Positions 27,253 through 40,790 of a DNA stretch of 64,000 nucleotides are shown one piece after another; position 1 is the first letter of the stretch; each line of letters starts with the position of its first letter. The position numbers and the translations under genes are program-made. This DNA comes from Marsupella aquatica (lineage: Eukaryota; Plantae; Marchantiophyta): contig OZ316896.1 in assembly GCA_973895155.1 (NCBI GenBank), forward strand, positions 19,642,754 through 19,706,753, read 5' to 3'. The notes under the pieces were generated by a model. The model ran no database searches. It saw only the letters and a program-made list of their open reading frames with translations, and was not told where the DNA came from.

Positions 27253-27777
27253 ATGATGTTGACATGCCTCAATAGCACAAAAATTATGTCATGAGAACCC
27301 CAAAAGACCAGCCTACTAACACAATGTACCCTATGTTTAAAGTGTACACAGTCGTGTCATCATTAATTATCAACTTTTTTTTCACATTTGTCATCCAAGA
27401 AATCCAACAACATGAATCTTTTCTTGTGACCATTGTACTACCCTTCACCATACTCTTTCTTTGGCAACTGATCAATCAAATGCATCGATCAATTATTGGA
27501 TCGAACTGCTATTGCTAATCTTTCTTGGCTGTTAAGTAAATAAAAAGACTACAAGAGGAGGTTAATTTTGTGGCCCCTCTTTGTTGAATATTTTGTCGTC
27601 TGCAATGCCAAAATTAAGACCATCCACACTCCGAACTTTAATTCGCTCCCACTTACTTGGAGAAAAGACTCGTAAAGACGACACTCCTACGACTCACCCC
27701 TTGGCCTCCGACAATAAAATCACTTCTCAAAGAAACCTTGAAAAACTTTTTGTATGAAATTCAATTGGTTTTTTCGA

Positions 27778-27861
27778 GGAGAAGAGAAGAGAAGAGAAGA
27801 GAAACCTTGAAGAAGAGAAGAGAAGAGAAGAGAAGAAATTGAGAAGAGAAGAGAAGAGAAG
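27778..27861 (+). repeat. (GAAGA)n microsatellite in the presumed 5' UTR of the kelch gene
   Basis: Repeated gaaga units just upstream of the ATG at 27905. Confidence 0.85.
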
Positions 27862-27904
27862 TGCAAGGAGAGCAGAGTGCTGCAGAGCCCATCGATCAGG
27901 AAAA

Positions 27905-30900
27905 ATGAGGTGGGTTCAAAGCGGATCAAGGGACTTCTCGGGCAATCCTCCGTCATCACGCAGGTGAAAATTCCTTACCCAAGAGTCCTTTAACGTAATT
28001 TGCCCCTCAGGGAAGCTTCATTTCCGGCTGATTTCCGTCGTCAGGTATCACTTTAGTCGCTTTGCTGAAGTTCTCTCTGTTTTCGGTTCGTCGTCATCTG
28101 CAGTGGACACACAGCAACTAGAGTGGGAAAGTCTGGCGGCCTCATCGCGGTCTTTGGTGGCTTGGCGGAGAAAAGATTTCTGCATGATCTCAATGTTCTC
28201 GACACAGGTCAGTAATTTCATCTCTCCCACAAGAAAAATAAGAAAGTATGGACAATGTATGTAGAAACGGTCCTCTATTTTCTAGCATCGGGGCAAGATA
28301 TTTCACGTGCGTCTGGGAGGGTCTTTGACAAGATGGTTTCTTACAGGAATCTCTCTCGGGCATCATGCATAGGACCTGTCTCATATGGCACTACTGTGGG
28401 GCAAAGGTTTACAGTTATGCTTAGAAGAATAATTCAGTCATCCAATTTCTCGATACTCCGGAAAAAGGCAATAACAGACTGACGGTTTCTCAGATAATTA
28501 CTGCTTTCGCTTAAGTTTCGGAAGAATGGACCTGTCACCCTTCTATGAATGATGCAGTAGGTTTTGTTGCTTCTAGGGTTAAGGTAGGGGTTGACGTGTA
28601 TCTAAGATGGAGCATCGTCTCTCAAGGATCCGTGGACTTGCTGGGAAATGATTTGATGATTCGAGAAGGGCAAGACCTGACGGCAGGTCTTCAACTTCTT
28701 GTTTGCAGAGTCGATGCATTGGTTCAAGCCCGAATGCACTGGAAGTGTTGAAAATGGGCATGTTGGTCCTAGTCCACGAGCATTCCATGTATCAGTGGCC
28801 ATCGATTGCCACCTGTTCATTTTTGGTGGACGCTGTGGCCGTAAGCGGTCCGAAGCACACACCTTGCTTTTACTACAGTAGTCCCTTTTGTGGTTTGCAT
28901 CTTTGCATGTTGCTCTTATTTCCAAGTGTCCTTAGAAGTTCGATTTCTTGTTTTGTTCTCAATTAAATGCAATTGACTGTCTTCATTAACTTTACTAACT
29001 CAAGTCTAATAACTTCCAAAATTTTCCAGGCTGGGCGATTTCTGGATGCTAGATACAGGTGTGTGCACCAAATAGCGGTCTAGTCGAAACAAACGTCGAG
29101 CAGGGAATTTTTTGTCTGGAAAAGGCTTGAATGATTTAAACAGTTTGTTGTCTACATATTGTTGAAAATTGTGGAGCTGTGTCGTTAGAATTTCCGAACA
29201 TGATGCTCGAACACTTGCCTTTCTCTCTAAATCAGCTTTGCTGCACCTTCTGTTACGGAAGCGGACTCATTTTGATTCTTCTTTCTGGCATAGATACCTG
29301 GCAATGGGCCGAGCTGAGCGGTTATGGTGATCTCCCACCTGCACGTGAATTTGCTGCGGGTGTTTCAGTTGGAAATGGCAAGATTGTGATGTGAGATTCT
29401 CATCTTGCAGATCTAACAGAAGTGCTAGTTCTCATCAAAATATTAAAGATCTTACTCATTTGGATGTGAGAAGGCTTAATACTTCAAGTACTGTAGTGTT
29501 CCATTCATTGAAAGAGTCGAGGATGTTCTGTTTTTATACTACGTGATGTCGTCAGTTAGCTGGAGATAGCTGCCTGTTGATAGAGAGGGATTCTGAATTG
29601 GGGAGACTCTTTTGGACTCCTTGTACGCAGTTATGGTGGATGGGATGGGGTAAAGTGGCTGTCAGACGTATACATCTTGGATACAAGTACGTCCTTGGCT
29701 TCTCGAAAAATTGATGAGTGCTTTCCGTTTCAGCAAAGTTGAGGACTCCTGAGCACTCAGTTCCTTCTCAGCCATATTGTTGATCATCATGTTTGTTGGA
29801 ATCTGGCAGTGTCCTTGGAATGGAGACAGTTGCTCGTGCAGGGGCCTGTGCCAGCTCCTCGGTGTGGCCACACTGCCACCATGGTTGAAAAGCGAATGCT
29901 CATTTTTGGTGGTCGAGGTTAGTATATGTGTTTCCTGGATGCCTTCAGCTACGAGGTTTGTCCCTTATTGACAAGCGTGATGCGGTGGACAAGCCATTCC
30001 CTCAAATGCATAGGTATTGCATTCGCTGAGAGTTGGATATTGGGATATGCGCAGGAGGTGGTGGGCCCATTATGGGGGATTTGTGGGCTCTCAAGGGCCT
30101 ATTCGATGAAGGTACCTCGTCCTGTTCTCATCAGTAGTCGTTAGGACTTTTAGCCATGACATTACAGAAGGTCTATTTTTTAAATGCCTCTGAGCCAGCC
30201 GATAATGGTGTATGAGTGTTTATTAGCAAGCATTTCATGACATCATGGTCGATACTGGCTGGAGGGAGAAGAAATGTCTCGTGAACAATACTCTGTTATA
30301 GGCTGCCAGAACTTAACTGATTGTTTGATTATTCATCTGCAGAAAGGGAGCCTCCTGCATGGACACAGTTGAAGATTCCTGGATCTTCTCCTGCCGCTCG
30401 CTGTGGCCATTCTACTACGCCCGGTGGGCCCCAGGTATTCTTTGGTTTACATTCTTCAGAGAAATGGTCCTGCCAACTAGCGCCAAAGGACCTTTTAATA
30501 TGGCAGCATACAATCGTATGTTTTAAGCTTGTCAATTGTCATGCTTCAGCTGCAAGTAATATGATGGCGAAAGGGATCGTGTCGTCAATAGCAGTAGCAG
30601 ACAGAGGGTAAAAAGGGTGGTGCTGGTCATAGTTTAACAAATTGTCTGAACTAATCTGATATCCCTCCATGAGCATGGCAGTTGCTGATTTTTGGTGGGC
30701 ACGGAACGGGAGGCTGGCTGACTCGTTATGATGTATATCACAATGATTGTGTAATTCTTGATCGTGGTATGTATTCAATCTTGTTCCTGGCTCAATGTTT
30801 CCGCCCTTGCGAACTAGAGCATGTTGATACTGGATGGTTAGATAAGGAAATGGTAACGGATTTGTTCACCAGTAATATGCTAGTATGATTTTCTTTCTCG

Positions 30901-33043
30901 TCTTTTCCTCCTTGTCTCCTCGATTCGGGCATCGCTTTGGGATCGACTATCAGTGTACACTTCGATTCCTGTCATGCTTAGATCAGATACTATGCGTCAG
31001 AAGTTCGTTTGAGGTCAGAGATCTTGGACTTCCCTCCGGTTTTTGCTGCCCTCTGCCTGAACTTAGCTGCTGACAAGTTTAAGGAACTGTGCATTGTTGG
31101 TCCCATAGCCTTATTGGGTCCGGCTGGACTTTTAGTCGTTTGTCCTCCTTTTAATAAAGTAACAATAGCATGGATGTTAAAATCAACAGTCTCGCAGCTG
31201 TTGGGGCCAGAAATGTCTCGATGTATGAGATAGTATCAAGAGAGTATACCAGTGAAGATAGTTTTGGTTGTTATGGACTTTATTTTATGGGCGCTGTTAT
31301 CCAACTATTTGTATGCAATTCTGCAGCGAGTGTTCTGTGGAAAAAGCTCCCAGTAAGCAACGACCCTCCGCCTCGAGCTTATCATTCAATGTCTCGAATT
31401 GGTTCCCGATTTTTGCTAATTGGAGGGTATGACGGCAAGTCCACATTTGGTGATATCTGGTGGTTAGTCACACAAGGTATGACTCTCTGTTTGACGTTCT
31501 GCGGCAGAAATTTAGATTTGTAGTTACGGAAAACTACATGTATGGGATTTTGTTTAGTCATTTTTTATTTCTCCATATTCTCCTGCTCCTTCACATACTG
31601 AAGGTTTCTCATGAAATTTAGAAGTCGATTCGGTTTTTAATAAACTTTGTGGTCCATTATGTAGATGACCCAATAGCAAAGCGGGCATCCTCATCTCCTA
31701 GGAGTAGCTTGCCACCAAATACATCTACGACAAAGCAGTCTCAAACCACGCAAGTCAGTTGTACCACCACCCACTAGTTGAATCTTTGGCTGTTTCTTCA
31801 TTTACTCACGGCTGCGGGGCCCGTGAAGGTAAAACTATAAAAAAATGCCGCATTGTGAGTATTAATCACTAAAAGTATCTTATCGAATGCTTTCCCGTAA
31901 CTTGGCTTTCTGTTCCTTCAGGATAAGGAGCAAACCCCTGCTTCACCTCTAAAGGAGTTGCGCCAACGTTTGGGTCTGCCTTCTGTAGCTGTGAGTCCCT
32001 TGGTAATAGACTCAGGCACAAATGACAAAGATCTCCTTGCTTTAGGCCAACACCTGCTGAACAGTGATGCACGCTCCAACTCCAAAGACCCAGCTGAACT
32101 TGTGAAGGTAGATACCATGCTTACATTTTGAAGTCCTCAAGAAATGTTGGTCCCTGGTTGCTTTTGCTCTTCTTATCATGCTTTACGCTCTGTTGTTGCA
32201 TTGTCCAGAAATTGACGAGATTAATGTTGGTGATCAACTACACGAATAATAGTTTTTGCACCTTACATTAATCCATTTCTTTTTCAATCTTATATATATA
32301 TTTTCAGGCTGTTCGTGACCACTGGAATCAATGTGACGTGCAATTGATTAGGTTGAGTGAGCTGAGTACCTTACTTCGTGATTATCAGCGGCTTGTGGCA
32401 AGCTTACAAAGGTAAGAGGAGAGCGCTCTTCAGCGAGTTGTCTTATGTCTTGCGGAGAGATGTGAATTGCTCATGGGCTCTACGTTCCGGTTGCCGGGTT
32501 AGTATTACTCAGATTTATGACATCTGTATTTCAGAGAGAAGGATGCCTCCTAAGATATTTAAGTGGTTGAATTTGGAGATATATTTTGTATTGAATATCA
32601 TTCTGAGAGAGTTGTCGTGCCTGCAGTAGCGGATTGCTAGAAGCTTTCACATTCCACGGTGAAGGCAATCCAAAGTTGCATGTGCACCGCTTTTACCACT
32701 TCACCAGTGCCAGTCAGGTATAGTTTCTTCCCATCTACTTTCGCCACAGTTCTGCGCATTTGATGATGAACCTTTCACGTGGCACGGCAGCCTTATAATG
32801 ATCAAATGGCTGTGTTGCTGCCCATTCTAGTGTCTTCCTTTGTAGGAGTTTTGGGGACCGTCTGACATTTGACGAATGGAAACACCGTTGCAATGATAAC
32901 TCTTCCTCACCACATCGTGTCCATTACTTATGCAGGTGCGGATGGATGATATACCATCTCTACTGAATGAATACAAGCAACTATTACATTTGCTTTTGCA
33001 GAATGAGCCTACTGGCAAACAAGATGGAGGCTCACAATACTAA
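27905..33043 (+). CDS. Plant kelch-repeat protein, GLUTELIN PRECURSOR ACCUMULATION 3 (GPA3)-like, multi-exon
   Basis: Spliced GT-AG exons give [24 protein letters not shown]...VFGG..., WFKPECTGS...GPSPRAFH...[76 protein letters not shown]...FGDIWWLV...DDPIAKR, ending [14 protein letters not shown]...SQY*. Confidence 0.9.
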
Positions 33044-34895
33044 CGTGATGGAGCCGTTACAGTTCATCCTAAGTCAATTTCACTTATGGGTGGTGCGGAG
33101 CCAGACAAGTGGACTTCAATAAATCGAACGGAAGTCTGCTGCAGGCTTCTGTCATGCTTGTATGAACAAGTTTTCAGTCTCTGGCAAACACTGGAGATCT
33201 GCAATCGTAAGATCTTTGCAGATCCGTCTGCCAAGGAGAGCAGATTATGAGGTTCTCTGCTTCTAGAGGTGGATTACAAATTTGGAGATGAGTCATTATC
33301 ACAAAGCTGTTGTAGGAGCCATTTACAATGCATTGATAGTCCTAAGCTTACTATATTAACCAGGGTGAGCTTATGAGAAACTTAGGATCCTGTACAGATG
33401 CCAGATCCCGGTGATCTTTACAAATTCAGTTTTAGATTCTGTATTGATAGCTGTCTTCAGAATTGTAATTATTGAGAACTTGTATGTACTTTGTATAAAC
33501 CGGGTTTGATTCTTCTGGTATTATCGTGCCATTTTCCTCCTCCATTGGGCTTTCTTACTCGGGTTGAATTATTTTCAGCCAGGAAATGACTTTACAGGTC
33601 CGCCCCCAAGTATCACAATGCTTTAGAAATTAAGATAAATGTCGTACTGGTTTCGAAATTTTCGCTTTCTATTAGTCGGCTGAGGTCACAGATGTTGCGA
33701 GCACTATTGAACACTATAGATCTTATTTGAGTCTACACTAACACCACCAAATAGCGCATGCGGAAATAAGATCCCAAAGGCAGGAGACTCAATATAGGGG
33801 CAGACTCAGTTAAGCCACAAAGCTGAACCACAGCCTTATTGAGGGAGCTCTGAAATAAGATTAGAGGCCCTAAAATCGACCCAAAAGCATAAGTCGGTCA
33901 CCAACAGGAAATTGATCAAAGAGCCTAAAATCACTTAAAAGCCTGGTAAGTCACAAAGTAATATGCATATTGAGGGTCACAAAGAAGAAATTGACTAGAG
34001 ACCCTGAACCCTGAATTTGACTGGAGACCTTAAAGCCTAATTTGACTAAGAGACCCTCAAACCCAAATTTGACTAGAAATACTAAGAGCAATAGCCTCGG
34101 TGCTTGTGATATATAACTATAAAGTACAAATAACAATAAATTGTATTAGCACCAGAAATCTAAATGCAAATACTTTGGGACTATACTATAAATTACAATG
34201 ACATTAAATTGTGTTTTTGCAGCAGAAGTCTAGGCCTCATGCACAGCATTGTGGCAGTGTATGCCAAAGTACAAGCAGCGTAGGTAGCTTGTCCAAATGT
34301 AATCGAATTGCCTCCAGTATCTCACGTATGCAGGTGCCATAATGCAAGGGTTCCCTGGGTCATCGGTTATTGGACACAAATGGGAGGGGCGATGCAGGGA
34401 CTGTGTCAACAGCAGACTGTATGGCGTTCACTTCCAATTCTACCTGTAGTCATTGGTCATCCTTTCCCTGCAATTGGGCTCAGCATAGTTCTTCACCGGG
34501 GATTCTCAAACAGGTCAGAAGTATGCGGAAACCGCATTTTTGTGTGCATCACTTTTTTTCCGGGGAATTTTTTACTGGCCGCAACAGGAGGCAGAAATTA
34601 AAGATTTGATATGCCCTACTAGGACATCTCAAACCTCTCCCTTTTGCCCCTGGTCACCATCAAGGTAGTTTTCCTGGAACCACACTGGTACTTTCAGGCC
34701 AGGGAGTTTTCCCAGACGTAGAAGTTTGAGAGGTCCTATAAGGGGTCTAAAGTATAGACCCGTTTGCTCTGCCAAGTGAAAAGGTAGAGGTTTGAGAGGC
34801 CCTATTAGGGGGGCTCAAATATAGACCAGTTTGCTCTGCCACGTGAAAGGGCCAGTGCTCAGTAACCCACCCAGTGGGTGAGATTGACTGTCAAC

Positions 34896-35690
34896 TTACA
34901 AGACATGAATGGTTGGGCCTTCAGGCAGGCTATATTTGTGACCCCCTACTATGTCAGATAAACTTGCTGCCTGCAGAGAGAATCCTGGGATTGCAAAGTT
35001 GTGCTCGAGTACACGGCCCACTTCCCTGCCACAGATCTTTGCCGTCTGATCAACAGGTACATAATTACGTACTAGCCCATTTTCTGCACCAACTCCATCA
35101 GCGTTTCCTAGGAAGATGACTTCTTCTCCAGGTACCTCAGACACTGTGCCCTCTCCGTGAACAAAAGTTATGTGGAATGGAACAAGACCTGGCAACTCGT
35201 CCTCACCTGCACTTCCTGTAACACAGATCAACTCCGACGTTGTGTGTCCAACATTGGAATTGATTAAGTACGAAAGGTACATCACATAAAAATGGGGGAT
35301 CGATCGGATAACTCTCAAACAGTGCCTCTCAGACGATCGAGGCTCATGTGCTTGATGTCGTATGAATGTTGCCTTTCATCCCCAATCACATCGACCTCGA
35401 TTACGACTGCTATTGCCCCGAATCAATGATCCACACGAATCACCACGCCAGCAATGGTTCCATCTTACCGAAGGTGTTGTGGGAGCTGATGACAACTCAC
35501 CAGAGTGCGGAGAGCACTTGCAGGTATTTGTATTGAGCTGAAAGATAACTGCTCTGTAGAAGCAAAGGCTCATTTCTACCTCATGTTTCCTGATATGGGG
35601 CCATTTCCAGACATTCCGCGGAGCGTGATTACGCAGTTTCTGCACATTCCCCGTGTAAAGAAGACACTCTTTCCCTTTGACAAGTAACGT
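34896..35690 (+). pseudogene. Possible decayed coding sequence of unknown family
   Basis: Protein-like stretches with C/G-ending codons (e.g. EDDFFSRYLRHCALSVNKSYVEWNKTW; PFIPNHIDLDYDCYCPESMIH; FYLMFPDMGPFPDIPRSV) interrupted by stops and frameshifts. Strand and family are uncertain. Confidence 0.25.
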
Positions 35691-37684
35691 AGTATCAATC
35701 AGCAACGGAAGATGTGAAAACAAACATATCGGTAGTAGCTGGTGATTAGTAGCTCTTCTTTTTCATGTCTTGTTATATTTAGACACGTATATACCAAGGC
35801 ACGTCCCCCCTGACAGCTTGTTATGCAAAAGATCAGACAAAGGCACAGGCCACAGATCGTGATCTTCCAATTATATTCGACCCAATCATCGTGATCCGTG
35901 ACCGCATTGATGCTCTGGCTTACGCAATTCAACACAATTGTTGATGGCATTTCCCTTCTCAGAAGAGGCTCCTGACACAGGATGACGCCTCAAATGATAT
36001 AATGAATGGTGCAGTGAAGGCACGTGCGCACTGAGACGAACATCTGTGCACTTCACACCACTGAGCGTGTCGAATGCAACATATCAGAACGTCTAAACGG
36101 AGGGCCAATGCGTAGGACGATTGGTGCCCAGAAAGTGAGTTCCCAAGGTAGCAGACAAGAGTACAAATACACTCTCAACTGTAGTTGATACAACGCAGAC
36201 CAAACTACTCATCTGTACGCAACCGTAGGTATTCCAAAGTCATCGCGGCAGAGAGTGACGAGAAGGGCCACCCGCACGAAAATTGACGAATGTAACATGC
36301 ACTACTCTCGTCAGCACCCGTGAGGTGATGATGATCACCAAGACAGCATAAACTGACACTGAGCAGACGGTTTGCCGCTGCCATCATTCTGTCAGTTGAA
36401 CGTCATTTTCGAGATCACGGACACATTCCTAACTTACGCGATGACAACGGGAACTCTGACTATGTCAATGTCGACAGACACATGGACCGTGTACATTTGC
36501 TTGTAATTAGGTAACAAAGAAAGCTGTGAAGCGGAGACATAATGAATCGGGCCACATAGTGAACGGACAAAATTTTCGTACTTCTAATCAATCCAAAGGA
36601 TAACCAAGGGTTCCTTCCACGACTTACACATAAAAAAAACCACTTTCTAGTACGTATCAACCCAGCTCCGTCGTAAATCAACTAAGAAAAAGAGTCACAG
36701 ACGAAGAACTCGAGGGAATCCCCTAACCAATTCAAAGCCAAAGTCGCTAGCATCGCTACCTTCGACATAGGGTACAGAGGATGCGCAATGGAGAGAAAAA
36801 CACACCCGTGATCAGCGAATCAGAATCAGTTAAAACCCTCGCCGCTGGTGGGTTCCACAAACACATAACAGGTGGAAAAGGTGGGCATACCCTGGACGCT
36901 AAGAGACAGCAAAAATATTACAGGAGTGGATAAGCAGCAACATAAAAACCCGACAGTATATACTTAGGGTTCAAGATAGAAAATCGCCTCATAGATAATC
37001 ATCCCGAAATCCGTTAACCCAAACCCACCGCGTAATGCACGCAAGACCACCACAACTCCACAACAGGTGGTTCACGAAACGAACCACCTCATCAGAAGGA
37101 GGCTAGTCACACTGGCCTACTGCAGAAACCACTAAACATATAGGAAACCTAAGATTCCGCTGTTCATCCCCGGCCGTTCACATGGATCAACATTAATTTC
37201 TGCTAAGAAGTCCTCCAGAAGAATTGAAAGTAATCTACGCGTGCACAAATTTGCACTTTCTAGAAGCAACTTAAAATTCAGAGCCATAAGGCAAAGCTAC
37301 CCAGTGATAAGGCCCGGGTTCAGACCAGACCAGTCCAGACCTGACCGGTACATACCCCTGAGCCATCCAAAGTCAGACTATCCTTCCTCGCCCTAAGTTA
37401 ACTCCAAGTCAGCCAGAATTCTCCTTCCATTCGCATGCCTCGTCTCGTATAACATAGACGGGCTGCTGTGCTTGGCGGGTCTCATCGAAGGCTACTGGGG
37501 TGTTCCACCAAAGAAAAGGTCACATCTGATTCCACCGGTTTCATCAGAGAAAAGAATCGCGCTACTAAAAGTCCGCGAACGACGTGCAATGGTAACCACA
37601 ATACCGAGATACGCTTTCTTCTACTTCAAGACATCCACCACACTGCGGCAGAGATCGAACGAATCGAACAGTAGTACTTTACAT

Positions 37685-39000
37685 CTAGTTCTTCGGGCCG
37701 ATATCCTTCAGGGCACAAATCTGCTCCTCCCCCATAGCGGCCATCACAGTGACGACAAGGTCCTTTCCTTCGCCAAATCCATCCTTAATCTGCAAGAAGA
37801 GAATAGCCTAACTTCAAAAAACCTGTACATCGAAGTTTGAGAAACTACATAAAACTCCACTAGTGAACAGAACCCTGCCCACAAGAGCACAAAAGGCATC
37901 CAAAAACTGAACGGAACCCACCTGAGTAAGGAGCTGGTCGTCGGTCGGGAGACGAAGATCGTCTTTCGTATCACCACTCTCAGTAAGAAGACTCACCTGT
38001 TAATCACGAAAAATGTCCCGTCAAGACCAACCGGGCCCATGAAAACCGACCATAACCATGTTTCTAAGGCATCAGACAGTACTACACAGGCGAATGGCAA
38101 GACAACCCTACTAATCTAGAAATCATCACTCTTAGAGAAACATGAAAACCTATGAACATCCGGGTACAAAAACGACGAATGAATGACAAGATAAGTCCTT
38201 ACAAATCCGTCCTCCGAAATGTCGATCAACTGGTAATCAGTACGAACGACCTCCGGCACCTGTAGCATGCAAAACAGTATCAGTCTCTAAGAAGTCAGCT
38301 TTCATTCCACAAGAAGCCCTCACAAAAGGGCAGGGCATGCCTCAAGAACAAGGAGCAATCGCTCTTAGAAAGAAGAGGGGAACATACATCACAATTGTGG
38401 GAGGAGGGCACAATATCCTCGAGCTTCTTGCCGGTGAAGATGTCGATACCGACGAAGTGACACTTCGCGTGACCGTGCTTTCCAGTCTTCGAGGTCGAAA
38501 CCTCAACTACCTGTCCAAAAAAATTGCCACATCACTGTAAGCAGACTTTCCGGGTGTTAAACCTAAAGTTGTGTATGATGCCCTAGTCCAAAGTAAATGC
38601 CCTTGCCGGATCATGAACATGGAATAGCAGGAATGAACGAAGAAACATGGCGACAACGCAACAATACGACACCCCACAGGAAGCACGAGATCATGACCAC
38701 AACGGACCCCGAAGACGCACCCTTTGCAAAGACTGCACATCGCATCAGTATCACTAGAGAATGGATAAAGCCAACACTAGCGAGCAGCGCAAACCTAACA
38801 CAACCGGGCACACAAACCAACCCCAGACCAACCAACTAATTCACGAAAAAAAGTCACGAAACCGGCGCTGGGCGCACCTTGCAGGGCCTCTGCTTGATGA
38901 CAATGTAGGCGTTCTTGCGAATTGTTCCGGCCTGCTGCGGGTACGTCTTCGACGCTCCGGCATCGGCCTTGGAATCGAAGTGGTGGTCATCGTCCGACAT
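37685..39000 (-). CDS. eIF5A: Eukaryotic translation initiation/elongation factor 5A, 5 coding exons
   Basis: Exons 39000-38878, 38510-38388, 38259-38203, 37996-37922 and 37789-37685. [30 protein letters not shown]...[12 protein letters not shown] (hypusine loop)...[14 protein letters not shown]. Confidence 0.97.
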
Positions 39001-39070
39001 GGTGAATCGAGAAGAAGAAGAAGGAACAGCCCCTTCTCCAACCCTGGTTCTTCTTCGTCGTCGAAGAGCC

Positions 39071-39170
39071 CCACAACAACAACAACAACAACAGCAGCAG
39101 CAACAGCAACGAAAACCTCGTCCTCCTCCTCTTCCGCAGCAGCAGCAGCAGCGCCTCCTCCTCCTCCTCG
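39071..39170 (-). repeat. Trinucleotide microsatellites (CAA/CAG/CCT on +) in the eIF5A 5' leader
   Basis: (caa)n, (cag)n and (cct)n tracts directly upstream of the eIF5A ATG. Confidence 0.8.
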
Positions 39171-39465
39171 CGCAACTCTGTCTGTCTCAGGCACTCGCAC
39201 TCGTGCTGGTGCTCCCGCAAAAGAACCCGAGAGGAGGCGCCGCAGCGAAGAAAACCCTTGCGGACGACAACAAAGAGATGGCCACTCGCAGAGAACTACA
39301 CGCGCAACACAGCACAGCACAGCACAGCACAGCAGACACACACACAAAAGCCGGAGAGACGAGAAACTGTGCACAAACTCACAAAGGGTGGGGCTGGAGT
39401 GCCGGATTACTACTCTAGTAGACCCCGACTAACACGACCGCCACACATGACCATTATTCACTGCG

Positions 39466-40790
39466 CTACTCTACTACTCTACTACTCAGGTGAGGTGAGG
39501 GGCCAATGGTGGTATTCACCATTCACTTTAATTAGTCTTATCTCAAAATTAGTGTGAGTCTAATTAATGTTGGGAAATCTTAATTTATTGCTGCCCCGGA
39601 AAATGAGAGACAAGAAACTGTGGAGTGTGGACACAAGCTCGACTTCTACTACTCTACTCAGGAGAGGTGAGGGGCCAATGGTGGTATTCACCATTCACTT
39701 TAATTAGTCTTATCTCAAAATTAATGTGAGTGTCTAATTAATGTTGTGAAATCTTAATTTATTGTCGCCCCAGCCCCCAGAAAAAGAGAGACAAGAAGGG
39801 AAATCTTGATTCAATGCCGCCCCAGAAAAAGAGAGACAAGAAACTCCACTTCTACTCTACTGGGGTGAGGTGAGGGGCTGATGGTGGTATTCACCCTTCA
39901 CTTTAATTAGTCTTATTTCAAAATTAGTGTGAGTGTCTAATTAATGTTGGGAAATTTTAATTTATTGCAGCCCCAGAAAAAGAGAGACAAGAAACTGTGG
40001 ACACAAGCTCTACTTTTACTATACTACTCTACTGAGGGGCTGACGGTGGTATTCACCATTCACTTTAATTAGTCTTATCTCAAAATTAGTGCTAGTGTCT
40101 AATTGATGTTGGGAAATTTTAATTTATTGCCGCCCCCAGAAAAAGAGAGACAAGAAACTGTGGACACGAGCTAGATTTCTACTATACTACTCTACTAAGG
40201 TGAGGTGAGGGGCTGATGGTGGTATTCACCCTTCACTTTAATTTTAGCCTTATCTCAAAATTAGTGTTAGTGTCTAATTAATGTTGGGGAATCTTAATTT
40301 ATTGCCGCCCCAGAAAAAGAGAGACAAGAAACTGTGGACACAAGCTCGACTTCTACTATACTACTCTACTGAGCTGAGCTGAGGGCTGATGGTGGTATTC
40401 ACCATTCACTTTAATTTGTCTTATCTCAAAATTAGTGGTAGTGTCTAATTACTGTTGGGAAATCTTAATTTATGGCAACCCCAGAAAAAGAGAGACAAGA
40501 AAGTGTGGACACTGGCTCGACTACCTGTTCTTTGAATGTGAATAGAGATGAGGGTAAACAAGTGTCGGCCCTCAATGATGATGATTCACTCCGCTACTCT
40601 ATTACTCTACTCAGGTGAGGTGAGGGGCCAATGCTGGTATTCACCATTCACTTTAATTTTAGTCTTATCTCAAAATTAGTGTTAGTGTCTAATCAATGTT
40701 GGGAAATCTTCGTTTATCGTCGCCCCAGAAAAAGAGAGACGAGAAAGTGTGGACACTAGCTCGACTACCTGTTCTTTGAACATGAATAGA
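39466..40790. repeat. Satellite-like tandem array, about 170-bp unit, 7 copies (plus a degenerate copy near 41340-41450)
   Basis: Unit ctactactctact...gaggggc...ggtggtattcaccattcactttaattagtcttatctcaaaattagtg...ccccagaaaaagagagacaagaaactgtggacac. Core near 39508, 39679, 39883, 40045, 40218, 40391 and 40632. Confidence 0.93.

Noticed and set aside
37064-37095. Hammerhead ribozyme in the eIF5A 3' region (CTGATGA followed by a 9-bp hairpin, minus strand)
   Set aside because: The required GAAA after stem II and stems I/III are absent. It is only a simple hairpin.
38761-39432. Long overlapping ORFs with poly-Q/A/T tracts
   Set aside because: Products of microsatellites in the eIF5A leader and antisense of exon 1.
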